Below are positions 44,346 through 54,427 of a DNA stretch of 64,000 nucleotides, in pieces. Position 1 is the first letter of the stretch; every line of letters begins with the position of its first letter. The position numbers were made by a program, and so were the translations under genes. The DNA is taken from positions 186 through 64,185 of the IMG/VR virus record IMGVR_UViG_3300032246_000397; one strand, written 5' to 3'. A model generated the notes under the pieces. It searched no databases and had not been told where the DNA came from. It saw only the letters and a program-made list of their open reading frames with translations. The stretch comes from a virus (taxonomy: Duplodnaviria; Caudoviricetes).

Positions 44346-46856
44346 ATGGCAATAGATAAAGCAATAGGGCAAGCTCCGTTAGGGATAAGTCAGTTACCCG
44401 AAGATATGATGGGAGACGAACCTGCTTTAGAAATTACTATTGAAGATCCAGAGTCCGTAGAAATTGGTATTGATGGTAAGCCGCTATTAAAAATAGAACA
44501 AGACGAAGAAGACGACTTTAGTAAAAACCTTGCTGAAGAAATGAGTGATTCTAAATTAGCAAGTTTGGCGTCAACTCTTGTAGAAGACTATGATAATGAT
44601 GTCTCAGCTCGTAAAGACTGGATACAAACATATGTGGATGGCTTAGAACTCCTGGGTCTTAAAATTGAAGAACGTAGTGAACCGTGGGAAGGCGCTTGTG
44701 GGGTTTACCATCCACTCCTATCAGAAGCACTAGTTAAATTCCAAGCCGAAACAATGATGGCTACGTTTCCTGCAATGGGACCAGTTAAGACTCATGTTGT
44801 TGGCAAAGAAACCCCAGAAAGTAAAGCTGCGGCGGAACGTGTTCAAGAAGATATGAACTTCCAATTAATGGATGTAATGTCTGAGTACAGACCCGAGCAT
44901 GAGCGCCTTTTATGGGGTTTGGGTTTAGCAGGCAATGCGTTTAAAAAAGTTTATTACGATGCTTATCTTTGTCGTCAGGTAGCTATGTTCTGCCCAGCAG
45001 AAGATGTTGTTGTCCCCTATGGTTCTTCTAGCTTAGAGTCAGCAGAGCGCGTTACGCACGTCATGCGTAAGACAGAGAACGATATCAATCGCTTGATCCA
45101 TGAAGGTTTTTACCGAGACGTTGACTTGGGTGAACCGGTTAATACGATGGATGAGGTAGAAAAGAAAATTGCAGAGAAGTTAGGGTTTAGAGCAACTACA
45201 GATGACCGCTATAAATTATTAGAGATGCACGTTGACCTTGATTTAGAAGGTTATGAGCATACGGACGAAGAGACGGGCAAGCCTACGGGCGTAGCATTAC
45301 CGTACGTTGTCACAATAGAGAAAGGAACTAACAATGTTCTTGCTATTAGAAGAAATTGGAATCCTAATGATAAAGCTTGTAAAAAGCGTAATCACTTTGT
45401 GCACTACGGATATATACCGGGCTTTGGTTTTTATCATTTTGGTCTCATCCATCTTATTGGCGCTTTTGCTAAATCAGGTACTTCCATCATTCGTCAGCTG
45501 GTTGATGCAGGGACACTTAGCAACTTGCCAGGTGGCTTTAAGACCCGTGGGTTGCGAGTAAAAGGTGACGACACCCCCATTGCCCCCGGTGAGTTTAGGG
45601 ATGTTGACGTACCATCAGGCGCCATGCGTGACAACATCATGCCGCTTCCGTATAAAGAACCCAGCCAAGTTCTCTTTGCTTTATTACAAAATATTGTAGA
45701 AGAAGGCCGCAAGTTTGCAGGCGCAGCAGATTTACAAATTTCCGATATGTCAGCGTCAGCCCCAGTTGGTACGACGTTAGCAGTATTAGAACGTACATTA
45801 AAAACGATGAGTGCGGTGCAAGCGCGTATCCACTACTCAATGAAGCAAGAGTTCCAGCTTCTAAAAGAAATTATTCAAGAATACACGCCAGAGGATTATC
45901 AGTTCACACCAGAACAAGGTAGTCGTAAAGCAAAACAGTCTGACTACGACATGGCGTACGTGATTCCGGTGTCCGATCCCAACGCGGCTACTATGGCGCA
46001 AAAAGTAGTTCAGTATCAAGCTGCCCTACAACTAGCACAGACAGCACCGCAGTTATATGACTTACCGCAATTACATCGTCAAATGCTAGACGTGTTGGGA
46101 ATCAAAAATTACCAAAAGCTTATACCGCTGCAAGAAGATATGAAACCGCGTGACCCCGTGTCCGAGAACCAATACATGCTTACTGGTAAACCTGTCAAAG
46201 CGTTTATTTATCAAGACCATAAAGCTCACATTGCAGTTCACATGGGCGCAGCGCAAGACCCACATATTATGCAGTTGGTTGGTCAAAATCCACAGATGGC
46301 GCAACAGATTCAAGCAGCGTTATCCGCGCACGTAGCTGAGCATTTAGGCATGGAATATCGCAAGCAGATGGAAGAAACTATGGGCGTGACATTGCCCCCA
46401 TTCCTTGAAGCAGATGAAGATGACCAAGAGGAAATTGATCCGCAAATGGAAATCCAGATGTCTCAATACGCTGCAAGAGCATCACAACAACTATTGCAAC
46501 AGCACCAACAAGAAGCTCAGCAACAGAAAAATGCTCAAGCATCACAAGACCCACTTATTCAGATTCAACAACAAGAAGTTCAACTTAAAACACAAGATTT
46601 GCAACGCAAGATTGCTAAAGATCAAGCTGACAATATGCTTAAAGCACAACAGCAAGAAATTGAACGCGAGCGTATTAGAGCTCAACAACAAGCCGCAGGT
46701 GCGCAAACAGCTGCAAAACTTATGGGTGATGAATTAAACCGTCGAGGTAATCACCATCTAGAAGGCAAAAAAGCGGGAATTGAGATACTTAAAACCCATC
46801 ACAAGAACGCACAACAACAGGCTAAATCCCAAAGGGAGGAGCCAAAGAAAGGGTAA
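44346..46856 (+). CDS. Portal protein with long Gln-rich barrel-like C-terminus
   Basis: Follows terL; GNAFKKVY motif; P22-like size. Confidence 0.85.
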   Translation: MAIDKAIGQAPLGISQLPEDMMGDEPALEITIEDPESVEIGIDGKPLLKIEQDEEDDFSKNLAEEMSDSKLASLASTLVEDYDNDVSARKDWIQTYVDGLELLGLKIEERSEPWEGACGVYHPLLSEALVKFQAETMMATFPAMGPVKTHVVGKETPESKAAAERVQEDMNFQLMDVMSEYRPEHERLLWGLGLAGNAFKKVYYDAYLCRQVAMFCPAEDVVVPYGSSSLESAERVTHVMRKTENDINRLIHEGFYRDVDLGEPVNTMDEVEKKIAEKLGFRATTDDRYKLLEMHVDLDLEGYEHTDEETGKPTGVALPYVVTIEKGTNNVLAIRRNWNPNDKACKKRNHFVHYGYIPGFGFYHFGLIHLIGAFAKSGTSIIRQLVDAGTLSNLPGGFKTRGLRVKGDDTPIAPGEFRDVDVPSGAMRDNIMPLPYKEPSQVLFALLQNIVEEGRKFAGAADLQISDMSASAPVGTTLAVLERTLKTMSAVQARIHYSMKQEFQLLKEIIQEYTPEDYQFTPEQGSRKAKQSDYDMAYVIPVSDPNAATMAQKVVQYQAALQLAQTAPQLYDLPQLHRQMLDVLGIKNYQKLIPLQEDMKPRDPVSENQYMLTGKPVKAFIYQDHKAHIAVHMGAAQDPHIMQLVGQNPQMAQQIQAALSAHVAEHLGMEYRKQMEETMGVTLPPFLEADEDDQEEIDPQMEIQMSQYAARASQQLLQQHQQEAQQQKNAQASQDPLIQIQQQEVQLKTQDLQRKIAKDQADNMLKAQQQEIERERIRAQQQAAGAQTAAKLMGDELNRRGNHHLEGKKAGIEILKTHHKNAQQQAKSQREEPKKG

Positions 46857-47051
46857 ATGATGGACAAAAATCTAGATTATCTTCTAGAACAATATAAAGA
46901 TCGGATGGCATATCTTTCACAACAGTTAGCTGCTGGGAATTGTCCTTCGATTGAAGAGTATCGCTACATGTGTGGTCAAATTCGAGGTCTCGAGGCTGCA
47001 TGTGCAATTATTGTAGACCTCAAAGAAAGAATGGAAAATTCAGATGACTGA
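46857..47051 (+). CDS. Small conserved hypothetical protein
   Basis: YRYMCGQIRGL motif; between portal and GroES. Confidence 0.7.
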   Translation: MMDKNLDYLLEQYKDRMAYLSQQLAAGNCPSIEEYRYMCGQIRGLEAACAIIVDLKERMENSDD

Positions 47052-47454
47052 AACATTGGATTTAAACCTAGCAGTTGATTTATCAGCTGTGATGGACAAG
47101 AGTAGTGAAGAGAAAGGCAAACAGCTCCCTAAACCGACTGGATACAGGATTCTTTGTGCTATTCCCGAAGCAGAAAAGGAATATGACAGTGGCTTACTAA
47201 AAGCCGATGAAACCTTAAGGTACGATGAACTTTTAACCACAGTGCTATTTGTTGTGGATTTAGGTCCAGATTGCTATAAAGACCCAGAGCGTTACCCAAC
47301 TGGCCCTTGGTGCAAACAAGGTGATTTTATTCTAGTACGCCCCAATGCAGGAACCCGCCTAATAATTCATGGACGAGAGTTTAGGATTATTAACGACGAT
47401 TCTGTTGAAGGCACAGTAGATGATCCACGCGGCATTAAACGTAAAACAGTATAG
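47044..47454 (+). CDS. groES: GroES-like co-chaperonin
   Basis: PTGYRIL, GPDCY, GDFILV, FRIINDD. Confidence 0.8.
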   Translation: MTETLDLNLAVDLSAVMDKSSEEKGKQLPKPTGYRILCAIPEAEKEYDSGLLKADETLRYDELLTTVLFVVDLGPDCYKDPERYPTGPWCKQGDFILVRPNAGTRLIIHGREFRIINDDSVEGTVDDPRGIKRKTV

Positions 47455-47463
47455 GAGCTATAA

Positions 47464-48438
47464 ATGAACGAAGAATTTAAATTTCCTGATGAGTTTGAGG
47501 AAGAATCTAAGGGTAAACCCGAAGTAAAAATTGAGGTTGAAGAAGGCTCATTAGACGTTGATATTGATATTATTGACGATACCCCGCCAGAAGACCGTGA
47601 CCGTGAACCTGTACCAGAAACCGTTAAAGAAGAACTTGAGACTGTAGATAGTTCAAAAGAGTATTCTAAAAACGTAAAGGAAAAGTTTACACAATACAAA
47701 AAAGCTTGGCACGAAGAGCGCAGGGCTAAAGAAGCCGCCTTGCGTGAGCAAGAAGAAGCTTTAACGATGGCGCAGAAAATACTCGACGAGAACAAAAAAC
47801 TCAAAGATATGCTCCATAGCGGCGAAAAAGAGTTAATTAATACTTATCAAACTTCTGCTGAATTAGAGTTGGATAAAGCAAGAAAGAATTACAGAGAGGC
47901 TTATGATTCTGGTGATTCTGAGAAGCTTTTAGATGCTCAAGAAGAAATGATGAAAGCTCAATTAAAACTTGACAGAGCAAAAAATTTCAAACCTACTGTA
48001 CAAAATCCTGAAAATGATGTACAAATACAGGTGAAGCAACCTCAGCAAGTTGCGCAAGAAAATAAAGTTGCTGAATGGGTAGGCCGCAATTCATGGTTTG
48101 TTGACCCTAATAAAAAGTCAATGAAACGTTTTGCAGAAGGCGTACACGAAGATTTAGCTGAAAAATATGGGCGTAGTTTTGTCGGTAGCGACGAGTACTA
48201 CAAACAGATTGATAAAGAAGTACAACGCAGATTCCCCGAAGAATTTGACGACATTGAAGTAAAAAACGAAGAGGAAGAAAAACCTCAACGTACAAAATTA
48301 AGCACGGTGGTAGCTCCCGCAAAGCGTAGTACGTCTTCTAAGAGAATAGTGCTAAGTAAAACGCAGGTGGCGTTAGCCAAAAAACTTGGTTTAACCCCAG
48401 AGCAATATGCCCGTGAACAAATTAAATTGGAGGCCTAA
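47464..48438 (+). CDS. Capsid scaffolding protein
   Basis: Acidic coiled coil; C-terminal AKKLGLTPEQYA; upstream of capsid genes. Confidence 0.7.
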   Translation: MNEEFKFPDEFEEESKGKPEVKIEVEEGSLDVDIDIIDDTPPEDRDREPVPETVKEELETVDSSKEYSKNVKEKFTQYKKAWHEERRAKEAALREQEEALTMAQKILDENKKLKDMLHSGEKELINTYQTSAELELDKARKNYREAYDSGDSEKLLDAQEEMMKAQLKLDRAKNFKPTVQNPENDVQIQVKQPQQVAQENKVAEWVGRNSWFVDPNKKSMKRFAEGVHEDLAEKYGRSFVGSDEYYKQIDKEVQRRFPEEFDDIEVKNEEEEKPQRTKLSTVVAPAKRSTSSKRIVLSKTQVALAKKLGLTPEQYAREQIKLEA

Positions 48439-48440
48439 AA

Positions 48441-48890
48441 ATGGCAACAAACAGACTACAACGTGAATTAGAAAGTCGTACCCAACAGGAACGCCCTAAG
48501 CAGTGGCAGCTTCCAGAGTTACTTCCAGAACCTGATAAACAGGCTGGTTTTTCTTATCGTTGGATTCGTGTTTCTACACTTAATGCTGCTGACCCACGTA
48601 ACTTATCCGCAAAGATGAGAGAAGGTTGGGAGCCAGTAAGAATAGAAGAACAACCGAAATTTCAACTGCTAGCTGATCCTAATAGTCGCTTTAAGGACAA
48701 TATTGAGATTGGCGGGTTATTGCTTTGCAAGACTCCAACTGAATTTGTGGAACAACGGAATGCTCATTTCCAAAAACAATCACAAAACCAGACGGAAGCT
48801 GTAGACAATAATTTGATGCGCCAAAGTGACCCACGGATGCCTCTCTTTACTGAGCGAAAATCAACAAGTACCTTTGGTTCTGGTTCATAA
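48441..48890 (+). CDS. Conserved head-module protein
   Basis: YRWIR...REGWEPV...GGLLLCK. Confidence 0.65.
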   Translation: MATNRLQRELESRTQQERPKQWQLPELLPEPDKQAGFSYRWIRVSTLNAADPRNLSAKMREGWEPVRIEEQPKFQLLADPNSRFKDNIEIGGLLLCKTPTEFVEQRNAHFQKQSQNQTEAVDNNLMRQSDPRMPLFTERKSTSTFGSGS

Positions 48891-48909
48891 ATTTAACTAG
48901 GAGTTACAA

Positions 48910-49524
48910 ATGGCTTATCCTACCGTTTCAGGCCCTTACGGGTTTCAGCCGATCAATTTGGTCGGTGGTCAGGTATTTGCTGGTTCTACTCGCTTAATTC
49001 CCATCGCTTCAGGCTCTGGCACATCAATTTTTTACGGTGATGTCGTACGTCTAAACACAGGTGGTACATTAAGCAAAGTTTCAACCACAGCTACCGCAAC
49101 CGACGCAGTTGGTATTTTCTTGGGTTGTCAGTTTACAAACCCAACTACCAAACAATTGTTACAACAACAGTATTATCCAGCTAGCACAGTGGCTTCTGAC
49201 ATTCAAGCTTTTGTTTTAGATGATCCAGATGCTCTGTTCAAAGTAGCGGTAACAGCTGCTGGTGCATCAACAATCTCTGGCGTTACTCGTGCCGCAGTTG
49301 GTCAAAACACAGCTTTAATCTTGACTGCTGGTAGCACAACTACAGGCGACTCACTTGCTTCTGTATCTGCAACAACTGGCGCCGGAACTGCTGTTCCAAT
49401 GCGTATCGTTGACGTAGTTCCAGAGACTGTAAATGCGTCAGGTTCATACACAGAAGTGATCGTTAAGTTCAACTTTGGTGTTCACACATACTACAGTGCT
49501 GCTGGCGTAGCAACTGCAGCCTAA
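48910..49524 (+). CDS. Capsid decoration / minor capsid protein
   Basis: PYGF.P..IFYGDVV; directly upstream of major capsid gene. Confidence 0.6.
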   Translation: MAYPTVSGPYGFQPINLVGGQVFAGSTRLIPIASGSGTSIFYGDVVRLNTGGTLSKVSTTATATDAVGIFLGCQFTNPTTKQLLQQQYYPASTVASDIQAFVLDDPDALFKVAVTAAGASTISGVTRAAVGQNTALILTAGSTTTGDSLASVSATTGAGTAVPMRIVDVVPETVNASGSYTEVIVKFNFGVHTYYSAAGVATAA

Positions 49525-49537
49525 TAGGAGCTAAATA

Positions 49538-50452
49538 ATGGCTATTTCACGCGCACAACTATTAAAAGAGCTCCTTCCGGGTTTGAACGCTTTGTTCGGA
49601 CTTGAGTATGCTCGCTATGGTGAAGAGCACAAAGAGATCTACGAAACTGAGACCTCTGAGCGTTCTTTTGAAGAAGAAACCAAATTGTCAGGCTTTACAG
49701 CTGCTCCAGTCAAAAACGAAGGTTCTGCTATTCGTTACGACAACGGGCAAGAAGCATGGACTGCACGTTACAACCACGAAACCATTGCAATGGGCTTCAG
49801 CTTAACTGAAGAAGCTATTGAAGATAACTTGTATGACTCATTGTCTGCTCGTTACACCAAAGGTCTCGCGCGTTCTATGGCGTACACCAAGCAAGTAAAA
49901 GCTGCTGCAGTTATTAACAACGGATTTACCGCTTCTGCCGCTTATTACGGTGGTGATGGCGTTCCTTTGTTCTCAACAGCACACCCATTGGTTTCTGGCG
50001 GTACAAACAGCAACACACAGACAACTATGACTGATTTAAATGAGACTTCTTTGGAAGCCGCCGTTATTCAGATCGCTGGTTGGACTGATGAGCGTGGTTT
50101 GTTAATCGCTGCTAAACCTCGTAAATTGATTGTTCCACCTAACCTCATGTTCGTTGCAACTCGTTTGCTCGAGACTGAATTACGTGTTGGTACAACCGAT
50201 AACGACATTAACGCTATTAAGAACAATGGTTCTATCCCTGAAGGCTACACAGTTAATCACTTCCTAACCGACACAAACGGCTGGTATTTGACTACTGACG
50301 TACCTAACGGCATGAAACATTTCGTTCGCACCCCATTGAGCAATTCTATGGATGGTGACTTTGACACAGGTAACGTTCGTTACAAGTCTCGTGAGCGTTA
50401 TTCTTTCGGTTGGTCTGATCCACTCGGAATGTGGGGATCACAAGGCGCCTAA
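49538..50452 (+). CDS. Major capsid protein (HK97 fold, Mu gpT-like)
   Basis: MAISRAQLLKELLPGLNALFG, DGVPLFSTAHP, RERYSFGWSD; followed by terminator. Confidence 0.9.
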   Translation: MAISRAQLLKELLPGLNALFGLEYARYGEEHKEIYETETSERSFEEETKLSGFTAAPVKNEGSAIRYDNGQEAWTARYNHETIAMGFSLTEEAIEDNLYDSLSARYTKGLARSMAYTKQVKAAAVINNGFTASAAYYGGDGVPLFSTAHPLVSGGTNSNTQTTMTDLNETSLEAAVIQIAGWTDERGLLIAAKPRKLIVPPNLMFVATRLLETELRVGTTDNDINAIKNNGSIPEGYTVNHFLTDTNGWYLTTDVPNGMKHFVRTPLSNSMDGDFDTGNVRYKSRERYSFGWSDPLGMWGSQGA

Positions 50453-50471
50453 TTGGTTCCTTGGTTTTACT

Positions 50472-50500
50472 AAAACCCCGCTCAAAAGGCGGGGTTTTTT
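50472..50500 (+). terminator. Intrinsic terminator after capsid gene
   Basis: AAAACCCCGC-TCAAAAG-GCGGGGTTTTTT. Confidence 0.85.
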
Positions 50501-50537
50501 ATTGCACATTTTTTTATTTGTAGTATTATTAAGATAT

Positions 50538-50611
50538 CTGGGTGATACCAGCCTATTTGACTGCCCCAGCAGACGATATACCGATAAATAGGCTTAACTT
50601 GTATATAGGAG
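50538..50611 (+). ncRNA. Candidate pseudoknotted 5' leader RNA
   Basis: AGCCTATTT/AAATAGGCT stem; loop ATATAC pairs with GTATAT next to AGGAG; CTGGG pairs with CCCAG. Confidence 0.45.
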
Positions 50612-50617
50612 ATCCTC

Positions 50618-51082
50618 ATGGGATTCGCTACTCACCTAGGCCCTTGGCTATTAGGCACAAATCGCTACACAACTGGCACAACTGCAACTACTTTAGCTAA
50701 CACAGGCTGCACTGTTGTTTCTCAATCTGGTAACGTTGTTTACGGCACACTAACCGGTAATCTAATTGCTGTCCCTGCTGGTTCACAGATTGTTGACGTT
50801 AAAGTTGTTACTACAACTCTTTTTGACGCTGCTACTACTTGCGTATTAAATATTGGCGGTACAGCATTTACAACTACTGGCACAATTACTTCTGTTGGTT
50901 CTGTAACACTAGGCGCTAATGCAACTACTCCTGGTGGTTGGTTAAACGTTGGTTCTTCTGATGTGTTGATTGCTTATACATTGGCAGGTACTTCTTTGAC
51001 AGCAGGTGCAGCAACAATTATTGTTACTTATGCAGTTCGTAACTCTGATGGTAGTCAACGTCCGTCTACAACACAAAATTAA
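50618..51082 (+). CDS. Virion structural protein
   Basis: Thr/Gly-rich beta protein after capsid gene. Confidence 0.6.
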   Translation: MGFATHLGPWLLGTNRYTTGTTATTLANTGCTVVSQSGNVVYGTLTGNLIAVPAGSQIVDVKVVTTTLFDAATTCVLNIGGTAFTTTGTITSVGSVTLGANATTPGGWLNVGSSDVLIAYTLAGTSLTAGAATIIVTYAVRNSDGSQRPSTTQN

Positions 51083-51128
51083 TCTTGCGGGGGACTAGTT
51101 CCCCCTTTCAATCTTTAGGAGATTAATT

Positions 51129-51641
51129 ATGACAATGCAATATGACGTAAAACAAGCGCACATCAATGCTAGTGGCATTATGGTGCCTTACGGTACACGT
51201 ATTAAAGGCATTTCATTTACTGGAAGCACGTCCGCAGGAACTGTAGCTTTATTTGATACAACAACAGCCCCAGTAACTACTGCTACTTATGGTCGCTCTG
51301 GAACTACTGTTACTATTAGCTCTACAGCACACGGTTTGACAACTGGACAGGTTATTGGTATTGACTTTGCTGCAGGTACAGGCGGTACAGCTACTAATGG
51401 AAACTATGCAATTACTGTTACAAACGCAAATGCTTTTACCGTAACTGATATTAATAGCGGAACCATTACGGCAACCCCAGCACTTGTTTATTCAACAGGT
51501 TATTGGCTTATGTCTTATGACGTTGCTGCAAATGATACCTATAACAATGCTTTATTTATTCCTGGCGAAGGCGTAAAAGCTACTACTGGCGTTTATGCAT
51601 CAATAAGCAATCTAGTCGCAGTAAATATTTACTACGGATAA
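51129..51641 (+). CDS. Virion structural protein with inserted beta domain
   Basis: HGLTTGQ.I...NGNY.ITVT..NAFT insert inside DVK...IPGEGV core. Confidence 0.6.
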   Translation: MTMQYDVKQAHINASGIMVPYGTRIKGISFTGSTSAGTVALFDTTTAPVTTATYGRSGTTVTISSTAHGLTTGQVIGIDFAAGTGGTATNGNYAITVTNANAFTVTDINSGTITATPALVYSTGYWLMSYDVAANDTYNNALFIPGEGVKATTGVYASISNLVAVNIYYG

Positions 51642-51644
51642 AAA

Positions 51645-52400
51645 ATGACTGAACAAGTACGATTAGAAGCTGGGTATAATTTAGCGGGTCGGAGGGTGAT
51701 GATTGGCCTTCCTTCCTACGACTACAAAGTTTCTTCAAAGTTAGCTATTTCGTTAGCTGAGTTTTGTTTACAAGCAACAAGACACGGAATTGATGTTCAA
51801 GTCTGCAATATTTCTGGGTGTTCTGTTGTGTCTCGTGTTCGTAACTTGATTGCTACTGATTTTCTAAAGTCAGAGTGCACAGACTTAATGTTTATTGATT
51901 CAGATATTAACTTTAATGCTGAAGATATTTTCCGTTTAATGGCGTGGAATACAGATCCTGTAAAAGGGATTGTTGCTGGTATTCCCGTTGCCCGTAAAAA
52001 AGGTCAAGTTTATTTTTCTACATTAGACACAGATGATGACAGCATTTTTATGGATAAGATGGGTCTAGTTAGAGCTAAACGTGTTGCTACAGCTTTTATG
52101 ATGATTCGTAGAGAAGTGTTTGAAAAGTTGGCTGAAGCGCATCCAGAATGGCTTTACCATGATGAAAAGAAACAGGGCGATGAAACATACTGTTTCTTTG
52201 ACTTTGAATTAAAAGACGGGCAATATATTGGTGAAGACTATTTATTCTGTGACCGCGCCCGTGAGTTAGGTTTTGAAGTTTGGATTGACCCTACAATTAA
52301 ACTAGGTCATATGGGTGTACATGAGTTTGAAGGTTCATTTGGGGAAGAGTTTTTATACCCATTAATTCGTCCAGTAGATACAAACAAGGAAGCCGCATAA
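51645..52400 (+). CDS. Glycosyltransferase (GT-A fold)
   Basis: RN..A..FL, MFIDSD, GEDYLFC, D.TIKLGH. Confidence 0.8.
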   Translation: MTEQVRLEAGYNLAGRRVMIGLPSYDYKVSSKLAISLAEFCLQATRHGIDVQVCNISGCSVVSRVRNLIATDFLKSECTDLMFIDSDINFNAEDIFRLMAWNTDPVKGIVAGIPVARKKGQVYFSTLDTDDDSIFMDKMGLVRAKRVATAFMMIRREVFEKLAEAHPEWLYHDEKKQGDETYCFFDFELKDGQYIGEDYLFCDRARELGFEVWIDPTIKLGHMGVHEFEGSFGEEFLYPLIRPVDTNKEAA

Positions 52401-52663
52401 TGGCAACCAAAAAGAAAAAAGGTCCCTCTCTTGCGATTGGTCGTGGTGAAAAGTTGCCTGTATCTAAGGGCGCTGGGCTTACCGCCAAAGGCCGTGCTAA
52501 GTATAATGCGGCTACTGGCTCGCATTTAAAAGCTCCGCAACCCGAAGGTGGTGCCCGTAAAAAGTCGTTTTGTGCTCGTATGTCTGGCATGCCCGGCCCG
52601 ATGAAAGATGAGAACGGTAAACCTACCCGTAAGGCAGCTAGCTTAAAAAGGTGGAAATGCTGA
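52400..52663 (+). CDS. Small basic protein (DUF6321-like)
   Basis: GLTAKGRAKYN..RKKSFCARM..SLKRWKC. Confidence 0.7.
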   Translation: MATKKKKGPSLAIGRGEKLPVSKGAGLTAKGRAKYNAATGSHLKAPQPEGGARKKSFCARMSGMPGPMKDENGKPTRKAASLKRWKC

Positions 52664-52863
52664 TGAATGATCCGTTTATAAATCTAGACGAAGCAACAAA
52701 ACATATTATTGATTTTGCTTCGGTTGTTACCGTACTAGGAACCCTTGCAGATATGTTGCCAGCTATTGCCGCGTTGTTTACAATTGTGTGGACGGCTATT
52801 CGCATATATGAAACTAAAACTGTTCAAGGTTGGTTAGGTAAAAAAGATGCCATCAACAAGTAA
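52663..52863 (+). CDS. Small membrane protein (holin-like)
   Basis: Hydrophobic segment LPAIAALFTIVWTAIRIY. Confidence 0.55.
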   Translation: MNDPFINLDEATKHIIDFASVVTVLGTLADMLPAIAALFTIVWTAIRIYETKTVQGWLGKKDAINK

Positions 52864-53146
52864 AAAACAACATAATTTTATGGCGGCAATTGCACATAAC
52901 TCTGCATTTGCTAAGAAAGTAGGAGTTCCACAATCCGTGGGTAAAGATTTTAACAACGCCGATAAAGGCAAAAAATTTAAAGAGGGTGGAACTATGAAAA
53001 AGCCAAATCCATTTATGGAAATGATTGCAAAGAAAAAAGAAGCTGCTGCTGAAAAGCCAGCTAAAGCGGGTGCAATGCCTATGAAAAAAGGCGGCGTAGC
53101 TAAAAAAACAGTAAAGAAAATGACTAAAGGCGGAAAGGCTTGCTAA
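52847..53146 (+). CDS. Small Lys-rich protein with xKxGG repeats
   Basis: MPSTSKKQHNFMAA; FKEGG, MKKGG, MTKGG. Confidence 0.7.
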   Translation: MPSTSKKQHNFMAAIAHNSAFAKKVGVPQSVGKDFNNADKGKKFKEGGTMKKPNPFMEMIAKKKEAAAEKPAKAGAMPMKKGGVAKKTVKKMTKGGKAC

Positions 53147-53147
53147 T

Positions 53148-53339
53148 ATGAAAAACTCCGATATGAAAGAAGACATGCCAATGATGAAAAAAGTGGCTAA
53201 ACAAGAAGTTGCTTTGCACGAGAAACGTATGCACAAAATGGCTAAAGGCGGCACTGCTTCAGCTCGTGCAGACGGTTGCGCTACTAAAGGTAAAACCAAA
53301 GGCACAATTATTTCTATGTGTGGCGGCGGGAAGATGTAA
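53148..53339 (+). CDS. Small Lys-rich protein
   Basis: MAKGG..RADGCATKGKTKG. Confidence 0.7.
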   Translation: MKNSDMKEDMPMMKKVAKQEVALHEKRMHKMAKGGTASARADGCATKGKTKGTIISMCGGGKM

Positions 53340-53734
53340 TGCCAATTGAGCCTGTAGACCCTTCTAAAAAACCTGGCGGTAATGGGAATGAGAAATACAC
53401 TCCCGAGGAAAAACGCGGCCCGGGAAAGTTTGACGAAGATTTAGAAAAAGCTAAATCTGATAGGGCTAAGGCTGAAATAAGCAAAATGTCTGAAAAGACT
53501 AGGTCTGAACCTAAATATACTGGTAAGGCTTATTCAGACACAGGTCCTAAAGTAGGTCCTAGAACCTCTGGCGGGTTTGGAGTTGGTACTGGAGGCGGTG
53601 CTAGTGGATCAGATATGAGCTTTATGAAGGGACTTGGTAATAAACCAAACCCAACCTACAAGGCGGGCGGTAAAGTATCTAGTGCTTCTAAACGTGCAGA
53701 CGGCTGCTGTATTCGTGGAAAGACAAAAGCATGA
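53339..53734 (+). CDS. Small Lys/Gly-rich protein
   Basis: TAATG coupling at 53337; YKAGG..RADGCCIRGKTK. Confidence 0.65.
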   Translation: MPIEPVDPSKKPGGNGNEKYTPEEKRGPGKFDEDLEKAKSDRAKAEISKMSEKTRSEPKYTGKAYSDTGPKVGPRTSGGFGVGTGGGASGSDMSFMKGLGNKPNPTYKAGGKVSSASKRADGCCIRGKTKA

Positions 53735-54003
53735 GAGCTTCTCGCGGTATGGGTGATATAGCCCCTTCTAAAATGCCAGACGGCAAGAAAAAAGCCCGCA
53801 AGGATAATACTGACTTTACTCAGTTTAAAGAAGGCGGCAAAGTAAATGCCGCGGGTAATTACACAAAACCAGAAATGCGTAAACGTATTGTTTCTCAAGT
53901 AAAAGCTGCTTCAACACAAGGTACTGGCGCAGGTCAATGGTCAGCCCGTAAAGCACAACTAGTAGCTAAAAAATATAAGGCGGCTGGCGGTGGATATAAA
54001 TGA
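53731..54003 (+). CDS. Small basic protein
   Basis: SRGMGDI; GQWSARKAQL..Y...GGGY. Confidence 0.7.
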   Translation: MRASRGMGDIAPSKMPDGKKKARKDNTDFTQFKEGGKVNAAGNYTKPEMRKRIVSQVKAASTQGTGAGQWSARKAQLVAKKYKAAGGGYK

Positions 54004-54251
54004 GTGGATTGGCAAAATCGCAGCGTTCTTTAAAGGCTTGGGGAGACCAAAAGTGGACAACCAAGTCAGGGAAGAAATCGTCCGAGACGGGCGAGAGATA
54101 CTTACCAAAAAAAGCAATACAAGCGTTGAGCCCGCAGGAGTACGCAGCAACAACACGGGCAAAACGAGCAGGAAAAGCACAGGGGCAGCAATTCGTGCCG
54201 CAGCCGAAAAAGGTAAAAGCAAAAGTAAAACCGTATCGAAAGGTTAAATGA
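54000..54251 (+). CDS. Small basic protein (DUF5872-like)
   Basis: SQRSLKAW..QKW.TKSGK.S..TGERYLP. Confidence 0.65.
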   Translation: MSGLAKSQRSLKAWGDQKWTTKSGKKSSETGERYLPKKAIQALSPQEYAATTRAKRAGKAQGQQFVPQPKKVKAKVKPYRKVK

Positions 54252-54427
54252 TGGCTGAAAAGTGGATACAAAAAGCAATTAAAAAGCCTGGTTCTTTAAA
54301 GAAATCCTTGGGCGTTGCTGCAGATAAAAAAATTCCAGCAAGCAAACTAGCTGCAGCTGCAAAAAAACCCGGCAAGATGGGTAAGCGGGCTAGGCTTGCG
54401 GAAACCTTGAAAGGTTTAAAAAAGTGA
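54251..54427 (+). CDS. 58-aa basic protein (not in ORF track)
   Basis: MAEKWIQKAIKKPGSL...KRARLAETLKGLKK; coupled at both ends. Confidence 0.7.
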   Translation: MAEKWIQKAIKKPGSLKKSLGVAADKKIPASKLAAAAKKPGKMGKRARLAETLKGLKK

